Of a stretch of DNA of 64,000 nt, positions 19,854 to 30,579 are shown in pieces. Positions within the stretch are counted from its first letter, which is position 1. Every line of letters starts with the position of its first letter. The stretch comes from Thermoproteota archaeon. Lineage in GTDB: Archaea > Korarchaeota > Korarchaeia > Korarchaeales > Korarchaeaceae. Under the pieces are notes generated by a model. That model ran no database searches and had not been told where the DNA came from. It saw nothing but the letters and a program-made list of their open reading frames with translations. The stretch is from positions 19,523 through 83,522 of the forward strand of contig JAOZGP010000004.1 in NCBI GenBank assembly GCA_027491735.1, given 5' to 3'. A program made the translations under genes and the position numbers.

Positions 19854-21038
19854 TCAGTCCGAGGCCACCGTTTCTCTCCACATGCGCCTAGCCAGATTGC
19901 CGTCGTACTTGAATGTGTTTATCAGCTCCTTGGCCTCGTCCCTCCTGGATTGATGCTCCTCTAAGAACTTCTCCACCTTCTCTATCAGCATGTCCTTCAG
20001 CTCTCCTGTGAGGAGGGAGCCCGATCTGTAGGCCTCTCTTATCTCCTCTATCCTGGCATCATCAGGTTCAAAGAACATGTAAAGCCACTGAAAAGACACG
20101 TCTATGTCTGGATTACCGCCCAGTTTCCTGTGGAGCTCCACCGTGGGTTGACCGCCGGAGAAGGCATACTTGTAGATCTTCTCCTTGATGGTCTTGGGGG
20201 GATCATTCAGATATATCGCTGTCTCCGGTCTGGAGGAGCTCATCTTCCCTTGAAATCCAGTGAGGGGCGGAATGAACTTGCTGTGTATGGCTGCAGCCTT
20301 GTAGAACCCAAGACCCTCAGCAATGTCCCTCTGAACTCTCCAGTAGGGATCCTGGTCTATAGCTGCAGGTATGAGGCATCTCCTTCTCTCGAAGAGGGTT
20401 GGAACTATCTGCACAGCAGGGAAGAAGATCATCCCTATGTTGGTCGAGGTGTTGAAGCCGAACACTGCCCTCACGGTGCTGAAGTTCACCTTCTTCGCTA
20501 CCTTTATGGCCGCCTCGTACATGTGTCCCATGTACTCCGTGTCCTGAAATATGAAGGTCCTGTCGGGATCGAAACCAACAGCTATTATGTCCAGAGCATT
20601 CTCGTATGACCACTTCTTTGTCTCCATAAGAGACAGCCTCCTCTTCTTCTCTAAGAACTTCTCATCATCTGTTAGTTGAATGTAAACGTTTACCTTGAAC
20701 CTTTCCTGAAGCCACTTGGTGAAGTAAAAGGGAATTATATGTCCTATGTGCATCGGGCCGCTTGGCCCCCTACCGGTGTAGAGGAAAAATCCTCCACCCT
20801 TCTCATAGTCCTCCAAGACCTTATCCAGATCCCTGTGGGAGAAGAATATCCCCCTCCTCAGCATGTAGTGGCTTTCCCCCGCTAGTCTCTCTAGGCGCTC
20901 TATCAGGGAGCGATCAAACTTCTGTGTTCCAAACTCTTCTATCAACCTGTCATAATCTACTCTCCCCTCGACTTCCCAGGGAGTCACGCTTCCTTCAGCA
21001 GCTCTCTCGCCACCAAAGTAGATCCCCCATGAGATCAC
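19854..21038 (-). CDS. trpS: tryptophan--tRNA ligase (archaeal/eukaryotic type)
   Basis: VTPWEV, YTGRGPS-MHIGH, AIDQDPY, KMSSS and AFSGGQ motifs. Confidence 0.97.
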   Translation of the reverse strand: MISWGIYFGGERAAEGSVTPWEVEGRVDYDRLIEEFGTQKFDRSLIERLERLAGESHYMLRRGIFFSHRDLDKVLEDYEKGGGFFLYTGRGPSGPMHIGHIIPFYFTKWLQERFKVNVYIQLTDDEKFLEKKRRLSLMETKKWSYENALDIIAVGFDPDRTFIFQDTEYMGHMYEAAIKVAKKVNFSTVRAVFGFNTSTNIGMIFFPAVQIVPTLFERRRCLIPAAIDQDPYWRVQRDIAEGLGFYKAAAIHSKFIPPLTGFQGKMSSSRPETAIYLNDPPKTIKEKIYKYAFSGGQPTVELHRKLGGNPDIDVSFQWLYMFFEPDDARIEEIREAYRSGSLLTGELKDMLIEKVEKFLEEHQSRRDEAKELINTFKYDGNLARRMWRETVASD

Positions 21039-21168
21039 CTTCCCTCGACTTCCCAGCTTTCTTAAAAAATTGATGATCTTTCCCGCTCTCGAGAACCTGG
21101 ACTCCGAATCGATGTTTCACTCATTCAGACGAAGGTTCTTATATCTATAAACCGATCTCGTCAGCGTC

Positions 21169-22341
21169 ATGAACTCGCTTCTGATCCTCTCGATTCTGAT
21201 AGTGGTTATGCTTCTCCTCATGATGAGAAGAGCGAATATAGGAGCATCGATTATTGTTGTTGCCCTGACCCTGGGGGTCATGACCTTACCTCCTGGAGAT
21301 CTAGCGAGGTCCGCTGAAAACACACTTACGTCCTGGGATCTGTACAGACTGATCATCCTCGTCTCCTTGGCCATAGCCTTGAGTCGAGCGATGAAGCTCA
21401 ACGGAATGCTTGAGATCATAACCGATGCATTCAGCTCACTGAATCCGCAGATATCCATGTACGCCATACCCATGCTCATAGGACTGGTTCCGATGCCTGG
21501 AGGAGCTATGGTATCAGCATTGATGACCAAAGAAGTCTTCTCTAAGGAGAGGATCAGTTGGGATCTGGCCACTTTCATAAACTACTGGTTCAGGCATGTG
21601 TGGATACCCATCTGGCCCCTTTATCAGGGCCTTATCTTCTCCATGATCATATTTGAGGTCGGAGCTCCTGAGCTGGTCTCAGTTGGTTGGAGCATAACCC
21701 TGGGAGCCGTGATGGCTGGGCTGCTGGTCTCGGCTTGGAAGGTCGGGCGCCTCAGGTTTGGAGAGATCAGGCTGAGGGAATTCCTGTTTCTGTGGCCTAT
21801 AATTCTCTTAGCTGCGATGATACTCATCCTACACCTGAAACTGGAGCTGGCCCTTGCCTTGACTCTGATAGCGGTTGTGATCGCCAGAAGGCCTGAGAAC
21901 TGGAGAAAAATTCTAAGGGACTCGCTCGACCCGACAGTTGTGCTCCTTATGGTGGGAGTCATGCTTTTCAAGGGATTCTCCTGCGCTTCCAACTTTCCCA
22001 GGCTATTCTACTCTCAGATGACGTCCATGGGAGTCGATATGAGGTTAGTCTCCTTCATCCTCCCGTTAACGATAGGCCTTCTCACAGGAGCTGAGATTAA
22101 CTTCGCCTCCATAGCTTTCCCCATGCTCGTGAGCTATGTGGGGGTAGGGAGCTCCTTCGTTGGTAGCAGGTACTTGATCGCCATGGCTGGAGGTATGTTG
22201 GGTGTCCTCCTCTCCCCGATGCACCTCTGCCTGATTCTGACGTCCAAGGTCTACGGAGTTCACGTTACGGATGCCTACAGGTATTTAATACCGTCCTCCG
22301 TGATCATGGCATCTATCGTTCTGCTGTTTTATCTTCTGTAG
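21169..22341 (+). CDS. DUF401-family integral membrane protein
   Basis: IGLVPMPGGAMVSA, INYWFRHVW..WPLY and LSPMHLCL motifs. Confidence 0.85.
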   Translation: MNSLLILSILIVVMLLLMMRRANIGASIIVVALTLGVMTLPPGDLARSAENTLTSWDLYRLIILVSLAIALSRAMKLNGMLEIITDAFSSLNPQISMYAIPMLIGLVPMPGGAMVSALMTKEVFSKERISWDLATFINYWFRHVWIPIWPLYQGLIFSMIIFEVGAPELVSVGWSITLGAVMAGLLVSAWKVGRLRFGEIRLREFLFLWPIILLAAMILILHLKLELALALTLIAVVIARRPENWRKILRDSLDPTVVLLMVGVMLFKGFSCASNFPRLFYSQMTSMGVDMRLVSFILPLTIGLLTGAEINFASIAFPMLVSYVGVGSSFVGSRYLIAMAGGMLGVLLSPMHLCLILTSKVYGVHVTDAYRYLIPSSVIMASIVLLFYLL

Positions 22342-22818
22342 GATCGTCTCGATATCTCCCTGGCCAGCTCAAGCACCCTTCTAGCCATCGACTTGTCGGC
22401 ACCGATATAGCTCACTTGAACAGTACACACTACCAAACGAGCGAACGACCTCCGAATATTGCTCTCTGTGATTTTTCTCAGCTCGCCAGTTAGTTCGGTA
22501 TCAGTTCTATGTACACCGTACTGCGATGATGCTCACCCTACACCTGAAATGTAGATCCCCTTCCCTCACCACAACAGGCACAGGCTGAGCTCTTCTAGCT
22601 CATCGCCCAGTTCAAGCTTGATCTCTATGATACTTCGCCCATCCAAGGGCCTGGATCTCCCTTCACCACAATCAAGACGCTAGCTCCAAGTATAGGTACC
22701 TTCTAGAATGTCCAGAGCAGCCACATCCCTGATAGGAACTCCCCTCCAGTCCTTTCAATAAATTTGTCCACTACTTTTTACTCTGGGTTTATGTTAAATG
22801 GATGTAAAACGCTGAAGA

Positions 22819-23940
22819 TCAGTCCCCAAACACCATCACGGGCTTCAACATCTCATCATCCAGTCTGAGGTTGCCCAGTCCGGGTCCTTCTGGAGGTCTC
22901 CTGCGTCCGTTCATGCAGGGAGATCCGCCCTCGACAACTACATCTCTCACAAGGGACAGATCGGAGTCCAAATCAGTGGTCACTATGTTCTTCACACCCG
23001 CAGCCAGGTGGACAGCCGCTGCTATTGACACTCCTCCCTCCATCATACATCCCACCATGTTGGGAACTCCAGCGGCTTCGCAGATTGAGGCTATCTTCAT
23101 GGCCTTTAGCAGGCCGCCTGACTTGACAAGTTTTATGTTTACGTAGTCAGCTGCCCTCATCTCCACGACCCTGAGGGCGTTCCTCGGCGAGCGGACGCTT
23201 TCATCAGCCATCACAGGTATCGGGGAGGCAGCTCTGACCTCGGCCAATCCCTCCAGATCGAACCACTTAACCGGCTGCTCCGCCAGTTCTACATCGTACC
23301 TGTACATCTCGTTGAGGCACCTCACGGCCTGCTTGACGGACCATCCCTGGTTGGCATCCACCCTTATCCTGATGTCCGATCCCACAGCGTCCCTCACCGA
23401 GCTGACCCTCTCGATGTCCTCAACTGAATCGACTCCCACCTTGAGCTTCAGGATTTTAAAGCCGTTCTCCACATACCTGACAGCATCCTTAGCAATTTCA
23501 TCTGGCTTTTTTATTCCTATGGTTATGTCCGTCTCTACCTCATCCCTGTATCCTCCGAGCATCCTCCACAAAGGCAATCCACTTTTCCTGCACATCAGAT
23601 CGAGAATCGCCATCTCCAGAGCAAGCTTCGCGCCTGAGTTGCCCAAGGTGATGCGATCCATCGTCTCCTCCACGATCCCAATCCTCGAGACCTCAAGTCC
23701 TATGAGCGAAGGGGCCAGCTCTGCTACAGCAGCTTCCATAGTTTTGGTGCTTTCACCGACTATCCTCATCGCCGGAGAGGTCTCTCCCAGTCCAAAGTTT
23801 TCCTCCTCATCGAATACCTTAACGATCAAATCCGTGCTGGAAACAGATGTCCCAAGGGATATCGTGAATGGTTCCTTGTACTCCAGATATGCTTCATAGA
23901 CCTCTATCCTCCTTACCACCATGAGGATCACAAGGAACAC
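22819..23940 (-). CDS. L-Ala-D/L-Glu dipeptide epimerase (enolase superfamily)
   Basis: ILKLKVG, RVDANQGW, EQP, MADES, NIKLVKSGG, GCMME and DLD motifs. Confidence 0.9.
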   Translation of the reverse strand: MFLVILMVVRRIEVYEAYLEYKEPFTISLGTSVSSTDLIVKVFDEEENFGLGETSPAMRIVGESTKTMEAAVAELAPSLIGLEVSRIGIVEETMDRITLGNSGAKLALEMAILDLMCRKSGLPLWRMLGGYRDEVETDITIGIKKPDEIAKDAVRYVENGFKILKLKVGVDSVEDIERVSSVRDAVGSDIRIRVDANQGWSVKQAVRCLNEMYRYDVELAEQPVKWFDLEGLAEVRAASPIPVMADESVRSPRNALRVVEMRAADYVNIKLVKSGGLLKAMKIASICEAAGVPNMVGCMMEGGVSIAAAVHLAAGVKNIVTTDLDSDLSLVRDVVVEGGSPCMNGRRRPPEGPGLGNLRLDDEMLKPVMVFGD

Positions 23941-24057
23941 CCGTCGGGTTGCTTAGGAGCTTTTCTAATCCATCTATACGCTATATGTATCTAGCTATAT
24001 AGTTGGAAGGAGAAATCACTTTATATGAGGTTCTGGGAATAAATATCTGGGGATCAC

Positions 24058-25497
24058 ATGGACAACGATGGAATTGAGGTCCCCAAGCTGATTTCATCTA
24101 TAAGAAAAGTTGTAGGTAATGGTATCGTTAGGTCAACTATAAGAAAGCTTGGTCAGAAGAACCTTGAAAGGTTGCTGGGGATCTATGCTGGAGTTGATGA
24201 ACCTGAGAGCATAAAGGAAAGAGTGCTCTCCTTTTTATTGTCTGAGGTTCTTCAGAAGGCAGCCTCCCGCTTCGGTGCTAGAGAGGAAGATCTCAAGCGC
24301 AGCCTTAAGGATCCCTACATGAGAAAGGGCATAGCCAACATACTTACGGGGATAGCTGAGTACGGGATAACAAGGCCTCAGAGGCTTCATGCTCCCTTCA
24401 TGATAGTATGGGACTTCACCAAGCAATGCAATCTCAGGTGCAAGCACTGCTATGCCAACGCCACGAGATCGCCAGCTCCAGATGAACTCATCCTTGAAGA
24501 GAAATTCGAGGTCCTCAGGCAGCTTGATGAGGCTGGCGTTGCGGCTCTATCGTTCTCTGGAGGAGAACCACTCATAAATAGGGATTTCTGGCCTGTAGCT
24601 AAGAAGGCAGCTGATCTCGGGATGTACGTCAGCATTGCCACCAATGGAACTCTGATAACTGAGGACGTCGCTAGGAGGCTCAGGGAGATAGGAGTCAGAT
24701 ATGTGGAGGTCAGCCTGGACTCTCCGATACCTGAAGAACACGACGAGTTCCGGGGGATAAGGGGGGCCTGGAACATGGCTGTAAGGGGGATAAAGAACGC
24801 CAAGGCTGTTGGGCTGGAGGTCGGAATAGCTACCACAGTCACGAAGATGAACTACGACAGGATGCCGGAGATGGTATCTCTGGCCAGGAAACTTGGGGTT
24901 GACAGGTTCATAGCCTTCAATTTCATCCCGACCGGCAGAGGAAGGGAGATCATCGATCTGGATCTCTCGCCTAAGGAGAGGACAGAGCTTCTTGAGTATT
25001 TTTACCAAGAGCTAGTTAAGGGAGGTTTACAGGTTTTCTCCACCGCTCCGTTCTATGCAGTGGTCTCAATGAAGCACCTCGATGATGGAGGTAAGCTCGC
25101 TCCAACACACTTCGCCGAGCTTCAAGTCCCTGAGAAGTACATGTCTGCAGGCTTTGCTCTAGCTGAGTTTCTCGGAGGATGTGGTGCTGGGAGGATATAC
25201 TGCTCGATAGAGCACAATGGAGACATACAGCCCTGCGTCTTCCTGCCGATAAAAGTGGGCAATGTTCTTGAAGATGGATTCCTCAATGTATGGCAAAACA
25301 ACGAGGTTCTCCTCAAGCTGAGGGATAGAGACAACTACGCCGGGAGCTTCTGCCCCTATCGATATATATGCGGCGGGTGTAGAGCCAGAGCATACGCATA
25401 TTTTGGAGATATAACTGCTCTGGATCCGAGTTGTGAGTTCAACGAGGATTTGTGGGAGGAGATCATCCGAGAAGTCCAAAGAGTTGAGGCTCGATGA
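24058..25497 (+). CDS. radical SAM/SPASM protein, candidate GMGT synthase (Gms-like)
   Basis: CNLRCKHC, SGGEP, CGAGR..QPC and CGGCRARA motifs, plus a long N-terminal helical extension. The Gms assignment is inferred. Confidence 0.6.
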   Translation: MDNDGIEVPKLISSIRKVVGNGIVRSTIRKLGQKNLERLLGIYAGVDEPESIKERVLSFLLSEVLQKAASRFGAREEDLKRSLKDPYMRKGIANILTGIAEYGITRPQRLHAPFMIVWDFTKQCNLRCKHCYANATRSPAPDELILEEKFEVLRQLDEAGVAALSFSGGEPLINRDFWPVAKKAADLGMYVSIATNGTLITEDVARRLREIGVRYVEVSLDSPIPEEHDEFRGIRGAWNMAVRGIKNAKAVGLEVGIATTVTKMNYDRMPEMVSLARKLGVDRFIAFNFIPTGRGREIIDLDLSPKERTELLEYFYQELVKGGLQVFSTAPFYAVVSMKHLDDGGKLAPTHFAELQVPEKYMSAGFALAEFLGGCGAGRIYCSIEHNGDIQPCVFLPIKVGNVLEDGFLNVWQNNEVLLKLRDRDNYAGSFCPYRYICGGCRARAYAYFGDITALDPSCEFNEDLWEEIIREVQRVEAR

Positions 25498-26882
25498 GGA
25501 CTCTCCGGATCCTTCTCATATCCCCCCCAACGGATTCCGCTATAAAGAGGACGTTAGGTGTTTCAGGCCCTCCTTTAGGATTAGCTTACCTGGCCTCCGT
25601 CGTGAGGGAGGAGGGCCACGAGGTCCGCATAGCCGACTCCTTAACTGAGGATTACACGTTTGACGACCTGAGGAAGGTCATAAAAAGCTACTACCCAGAC
25701 GTTGTGGGGATCACGGCCACGACCTCAATGATACCAGATGCCTACACTGCGGCCGCCATCACCAAGGAGATCGATCCGGAGATCACCGTGATCATGGGGG
25801 GTCCACATGTGACGTTTGTCCCTGACCTCACATTCCAGGAATGTCCTCACGTAGACGTGATAGTTCGAGGGGAGGGGGAGGAGGTTCTTAGGCATCTGCT
25901 CATGGTGCTTCAGGGCAGAAAGGATCTCAAGGAGGTCAGGGGAATAAGTTACCTGAAGGATGGTGTCGTCAGACATAATCCTCCCATGCCCCTGATAGAT
26001 GACCTGGACAGCATACCGATACCTGCCTACGATCTGCTGCCCATGGATAAGTACAGGGTTGGAAGACTCAGGTTCGGAGTTATAATGACGTCGAGAGGGT
26101 GTCCCTTTCAGTGCATATTTTGCTCATCCTCCCTCCTTTTCGGAAAGACATGGAGAGGACACAGCCCGAGGAGAGTTCTTCAGGAGATAAGGATCCTATA
26201 TGACGACTTCAAGGCCAGAGAGATAGAGTTCCTGGACGACACTTTCACCCTCAACAGGAGGAGAGCCAGAGAGATAACTGATAAGATCGCTGAGGAAGGG
26301 TTGGACATCTCCTGGTCCGCCTCCTCCAGGGTGAACACATTCGACGCGGAGACAGGAAGGTGCATGAGAAGAGCGGGATGTCATACGGTGTACTTCGGAA
26401 TAGAATCCGGATCTCAGAGAACCCTGGATTTCATAGGCAAGGGAATAACTCTGCAGCAGGCAATTGATGCGGTCAGGACAGCTAAAAAAGTAAAGCTCAG
26501 CCCTCTGGGATCTTTCATAATAGGGTTTCCCCACGAGACCAAGGAGGACGTGAAGAGAACGATTTCCTTCTCTAAAAGGGTTGGAGTTGATATGGCCCAG
26601 TTCACAGTGGCCACTCCCTATCCAGGAACAAAGCTCTGGGACTTGGCTCTGAGGAAGAACCTCCTCCTCACGAGGAACTGGAGAAAGTTCACCACACTGA
26701 ATGTGGTGATGAGGAGCTTCCACCTCACTGCCAGACAGATACAGAGGTTTCTGGGATGGGCTTACATCTCATTTTACCTGAGGCCAAAGATAGTGTTGAC
26801 GGACATCGTGAAAAACAAGGGATTCATACTGAAGAAGGCCTTGCCAGCGGCCATATCCTACCTTCTCCGAAGAAGCGACTAG
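25494..26882 (+). CDS. B12-binding class B radical SAM methyltransferase, candidate Gmm-like
   Basis: PPLGLAYLA, GGPHVT, RGEGE, SRGCPFQCIFC, GIESG and TPYPGT motifs; ATGA-coupled to the upstream radical SAM gene. Confidence 0.7.
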   Translation: MRTLRILLISPPTDSAIKRTLGVSGPPLGLAYLASVVREEGHEVRIADSLTEDYTFDDLRKVIKSYYPDVVGITATTSMIPDAYTAAAITKEIDPEITVIMGGPHVTFVPDLTFQECPHVDVIVRGEGEEVLRHLLMVLQGRKDLKEVRGISYLKDGVVRHNPPMPLIDDLDSIPIPAYDLLPMDKYRVGRLRFGVIMTSRGCPFQCIFCSSSLLFGKTWRGHSPRRVLQEIRILYDDFKAREIEFLDDTFTLNRRRAREITDKIAEEGLDISWSASSRVNTFDAETGRCMRRAGCHTVYFGIESGSQRTLDFIGKGITLQQAIDAVRTAKKVKLSPLGSFIIGFPHETKEDVKRTISFSKRVGVDMAQFTVATPYPGTKLWDLALRKNLLLTRNWRKFTTLNVVMRSFHLTARQIQRFLGWAYISFYLRPKIVLTDIVKNKGFILKKALPAAISYLLRRSD

Positions 26883-27835
26883 AGCACATACCTGGCCGAG
26901 TACATCAGGTGCATGTTGATCGTTGCTTCGTGGAGAGCTAACCAGTCTGAATAGCTCATCCTCCACTCAACGGCCCCGACGAGATCCTCCACCTGCTTCG
27001 ATGTCTTGGCTCCCGGGATCGGAACCACTGCAGGGCTGCTCATGAGGAGCCAGTTCAGGGCCACCTGAACAGGCTTTTTGTTGTACTTCTCGCCAACTTC
27101 CTTGAGAACTTTGACCACATCCCACACCTTTTTGTAGTTCTCCGGATGAAAAACAGGGTCGTTTGACCTCACGTCCTCGAAGAGGTGATGTCCTGGAGGA
27201 TATTTTCCAGTGAGTGCCCCTTTAGCAATCGGGCTCCAAGCCTGCACGGTCATGCAATGTTTCTCAGCGTAAGGTACGAGCTCAGCCTCTGCCCACCTCT
27301 CGACCAGATTGTACCTCACCTGCAGGACCTCGACATCCGCTTTAGAGAGATAGCTCCTGAAGCTCTCGACGAGCTCGACAGGATGATCGCTCAACCCCAA
27401 GCACCTAACCTTACCCATGTTCACCAGGCTCTCCATGGCCCTCGCGTATTCCTTGAGCGGAAAGTTGTGCCAGCAAGGAGGCCAGTGAGCGAGAAGTACG
27501 TCTACGCAGTCCAATCCAAGGTTTCTTAAGGACTTCTCCACAGATGCAGGAACATCAAGCTTGTTCAGAAACTCGCCAGGTACCTTGGTGGATATCACCA
27601 CATCATCTCCGTCGACTCCCGCCTCTCTGAGCGCTTCCCCGAGCAACCTCTCACTGGTCCCCATTCCATAGACCATGGCTGTGTCAAAGAAGTTTATCCC
27701 AAGATCTAGAGCCCGTGATACCACTTTCGAGGCCATCTCCTTGGAGGGCGTTCCCCAAGCATCACTGAACTGCCACGTTCCCAGCCCTATTCTCGATATC
27801 CTGAGATTAGTTCTCCCGAGCCTCAGGTACTCCAA
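26879..27835 (-). CDS. aldo/keto reductase
   Basis: SRIGLGTWQF, FFDTAMVYG, STK, HWP, AWSPIAKG and PIPGAK motifs. Confidence 0.93.
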   Translation of the reverse strand: MEYLRLGRTNLRISRIGLGTWQFSDAWGTPSKEMASKVVSRALDLGINFFDTAMVYGMGTSERLLGEALREAGVDGDDVVISTKVPGEFLNKLDVPASVEKSLRNLGLDCVDVLLAHWPPCWHNFPLKEYARAMESLVNMGKVRCLGLSDHPVELVESFRSYLSKADVEVLQVRYNLVERWAEAELVPYAEKHCMTVQAWSPIAKGALTGKYPPGHHLFEDVRSNDPVFHPENYKKVWDVVKVLKEVGEKYNKKPVQVALNWLLMSSPAVVPIPGAKTSKQVEDLVGAVEWRMSYSDWLALHEATINMHLMYSARYVL

Positions 27836-27876
27836 TCTCTGTCCCCGCCAAGTGGACAGGCCGCTTCCTTAAATTC

Positions 27877-28161
27877 CTATATTACATTGAATCCAAAGGC
27901 CTCGAGGATCCTCCTCATCCTGTCGAACTCCCTGAGAAACCTCCTGCCCTTCTCTGTTACTTGATAGACCTTTGAGTCTCCCTTGGAGATCTCCTCTATG
28001 AGATCCCTCTCCTTGAGATCGCTTAGATATCTGTTCAGGCGATCCCACGATAAGTTTGCTCTTTGAAGGACCCTAGTTGGGCAGGCATTACCCTCCTCCG
28101 CTATCGCCCGTAGCATGTCCGCGTATATCGCCAGCCTAGATCTGTAGGGCAGCGAGATCAC
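27877..28161 (-). CDS. archaeal winged-helix transcription regulator
   Basis: RSRLAIYADML..TRVLQRANLS..YL..L..YQVTEKGRRFL pattern. Confidence 0.85.
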   Translation of the reverse strand: MISLPYRSRLAIYADMLRAIAEEGNACPTRVLQRANLSWDRLNRYLSDLKERDLIEEISKGDSKVYQVTEKGRRFLREFDRMRRILEAFGFNVI

Positions 28162-28751
28162 CTCACAGACAGAAGTATCAGGACTAAGCCAGAGGTTCTG
28201 AGAAGCTCACCGAGGAGTTGAAGCTGGAAAGCCGGTATCATGGGAAAAGCATGTCCTAGGGACATCAGAGCAAATCCCAGAAGTGCTGTCAACGTCCTTC
28301 TGCTCTTCCCCTTGGAGTAGGCAATGAACAGGTTCATCACTATGTATATCAACAGGAAGAGACATATCAGGTTGGACGTGATCATCATGCATGCGATAAG
28401 GAGGAGGGGTGAAGCAAGCACTTCCCGGCGCATGTATCCAAGAGCAAGAGATGTGTAAGCAAGCACCTCAGAGACCGCCAGGACCAAGCTGGCCCCCTCC
28501 AGGAGGGAGACTACAAATCCGGATTCAAGAACTTTGGGATATCTCGTCAGCAGGAGAGCCATAGATGAACCCAGAAAGTACGTCAGGGACCCTGCGCCAA
28601 GCAGCAGAAAGGCTATGTTCAGGTGTAAAAATACCTTCTCCTTACTGAGGTTATAGAACCTCACAGCCCTGTAACCTATGAAGAAGGCCACGATCGTCTG
28701 GATCGGATACAGCGGGAGCTCTGATCTTATGAGATGAAGGAGAAGCACCAC
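28158..28751 (-). CDS. 6-7 TM membrane protein
   Basis: Hydrophobic throughout; overlaps the start of the wHTH gene. Confidence 0.7.
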   Translation of the reverse strand: MVLLLHLIRSELPLYPIQTIVAFFIGYRAVRFYNLSKEKVFLHLNIAFLLLGAGSLTYFLGSSMALLLTRYPKVLESGFVVSLLEGASLVLAVSEVLAYTSLALGYMRREVLASPLLLIACMMITSNLICLFLLIYIVMNLFIAYSKGKSRRTLTALLGFALMSLGHAFPMIPAFQLQLLGELLRTSGLVLILLSVR

Positions 28752-29397
28752 ACCACCCCATCTTATTCATAAACCCTAGAGATTATTTAGCTTTATGAAC
28801 GATTCGTATTTGAGTTCAGCCTACATACTTAAAATTGCGTCTCTTGTCCTCCAGCTCTCGTGAGAACGCTATAACAGGTCGCCATACTCTTCAAATATCT
28901 CTGAGGCAAGTTCCTATACAATTATACTGTCCGAGGATCCCTCTACAGATGGACTCAGATAGTCTTCTAACTTGAGGGTTTGTTCGGACATGGTCGCTGG
29001 ATCTCAAGGACGACATAACGGTCCTTGATCTATCTCAGTCAGCAAATCCTATATCTCTATTGCATTAGTTTGCCGAGAGAAGCAAGAGCAGATTGGCATA
29101 TAGGACGAAAATTTGAGAAGAACGAGAAGGCTCTCTAAATTCCCTTTATTAGCCTCTCTAACTACTATACAAACCCTCTTGTGATAGTCGCTAGGCCTAC
29201 CAGCAATCATCTCTATCTCTCTTTGCTCCCCATCATCAGTAACAGATAGTAGCTCAACTAAGGTCTCTAGAAGAGCTCTCTTCAGCCCCCTCTCATGATT
29301 CTTCTAAGCTGCTCGATGCTAAACTGTCAATAAAGACGCCCGTCATCGGTTGCGACTTCTGACGCGCGATTTGCTCAGGAGGAGAACTTTTTAGGGA

Positions 29398-30579
29398 GTG
29401 TGGCCTTTTCTGAAAGGAGCCATGTTGCCCGAAGAATTTATGCTACCTGACTACACTAGAAGCATAGCTTGTGTAGCCCCCACGATCTCGTGGCTTCTTG
29501 GATCGAAGGCGCTGGAGGATAGACCCATTCTCGAGGAGCTCAACTACGACGTGGACAGGGTTGTCTTGTTTCTCCTTGATGCTGCTGGCGATCTGATCGA
29601 GCCTTTACCGTTCATGCGCAGGTATGTGGATTTGACCTCGACTTTTCCCTCAACGACTGCCACAGCCCTTACGACCCTCTCCACCGGACTCCATCCGGGC
29701 GAGCATGGATGTCTGGGCTTCTCCATGTACTTCAAGGAGTTCGGAGTCGTTGGTAACATGATAAAGCTTCACCCAGCCTATGTAAGCGGCTCTGATGGAT
29801 TGATAAGCATGGGTCTTAGGCCTGAAAGCTTTGGAAAAACAATATTTGAGTTGATAGATGGAAAAGCTATCTACCTTGCTGACAGAAAGATACAGGGAAG
29901 TGGTTTGTCCAAGCTAACACTCAGGGGGTCTGAGGGAAGATCATGCATAAGCCTGATCGATCTGCTGGTGTCCCTCCGAAGGGAGGTGGAGGAAGGGGAT
30001 GCTCAGCTCATCTATGTCTACTGGGGATCTCTGGATACCGTGGGTCACATGAGGGGGCCCTACTCCGAGAACTTCAGGGAGGAGTTTAGACAGGTGGTGA
30101 AGCTCTTCCAGGAAGTTTTTCTTGATAGAATGAGGGGCTCTAGAAGGACTCTCATCTTGTTCCTGGGCGATCACGGGATGTGTGACGTGAGGAACCGGAT
30201 CGTGACAAACGAGAGAAAGGACATCCTGGAATCTCTGAGAATGCCCCCCACCGGAGATCTAAGGGCATCCTACCTGTACACCGATGAAGTGGATAGGGTG
30301 AGGTCCTTGATGAGGGAGCTTGGAATGTATGTTCTCGAGAGAGGAGAAGCGATCAGATCAGGTCTCTTCGGTCGGTTTACCGAGCAACACGAGAGCAGGG
30401 TCGGAGACCTTGTGGTAGTCCCACCGAACGGACTGGGGATGTGGCACGACTTCAGAAGAGACGGAAGGAGGGGGGAGTATCCAGTCGGAGGACATGGAGG
30501 TCTTCACAGGAGAGAGATCAGAATAAGGTTGTGTTACGGGACCGTGGATGAGATGAGGGGTGGGGATCATTCCACCTGA
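29398..30579 (+). CDS. alkaline phosphatase superfamily (nucleotide pyrophosphatase/phosphodiesterase)
   Basis: LFLLDA, STFPSTTATAL, LDTVGH, GDHG and GGHGG motifs. Confidence 0.88.
   Translation: MWPFLKGAMLPEEFMLPDYTRSIACVAPTISWLLGSKALEDRPILEELNYDVDRVVLFLLDAAGDLIEPLPFMRRYVDLTSTFPSTTATALTTLSTGLHPGEHGCLGFSMYFKEFGVVGNMIKLHPAYVSGSDGLISMGLRPESFGKTIFELIDGKAIYLADRKIQGSGLSKLTLRGSEGRSCISLIDLLVSLRREVEEGDAQLIYVYWGSLDTVGHMRGPYSENFREEFRQVVKLFQEVFLDRMRGSRRTLILFLGDHGMCDVRNRIVTNERKDILESLRMPPTGDLRASYLYTDEVDRVRSLMRELGMYVLERGEAIRSGLFGRFTEQHESRVGDLVVVPPNGLGMWHDFRRDGRRGEYPVGGHGGLHRREIRIRLCYGTVDEMRGGDHST

Noticed and set aside
21065-21130. TGATGA-starting candidate C/D sRNA upstream of trpS (similar candidate at 34705-34760)
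   Set aside because: D/D' boxes and spacing are unconvincing, and no target could be identified by eye.
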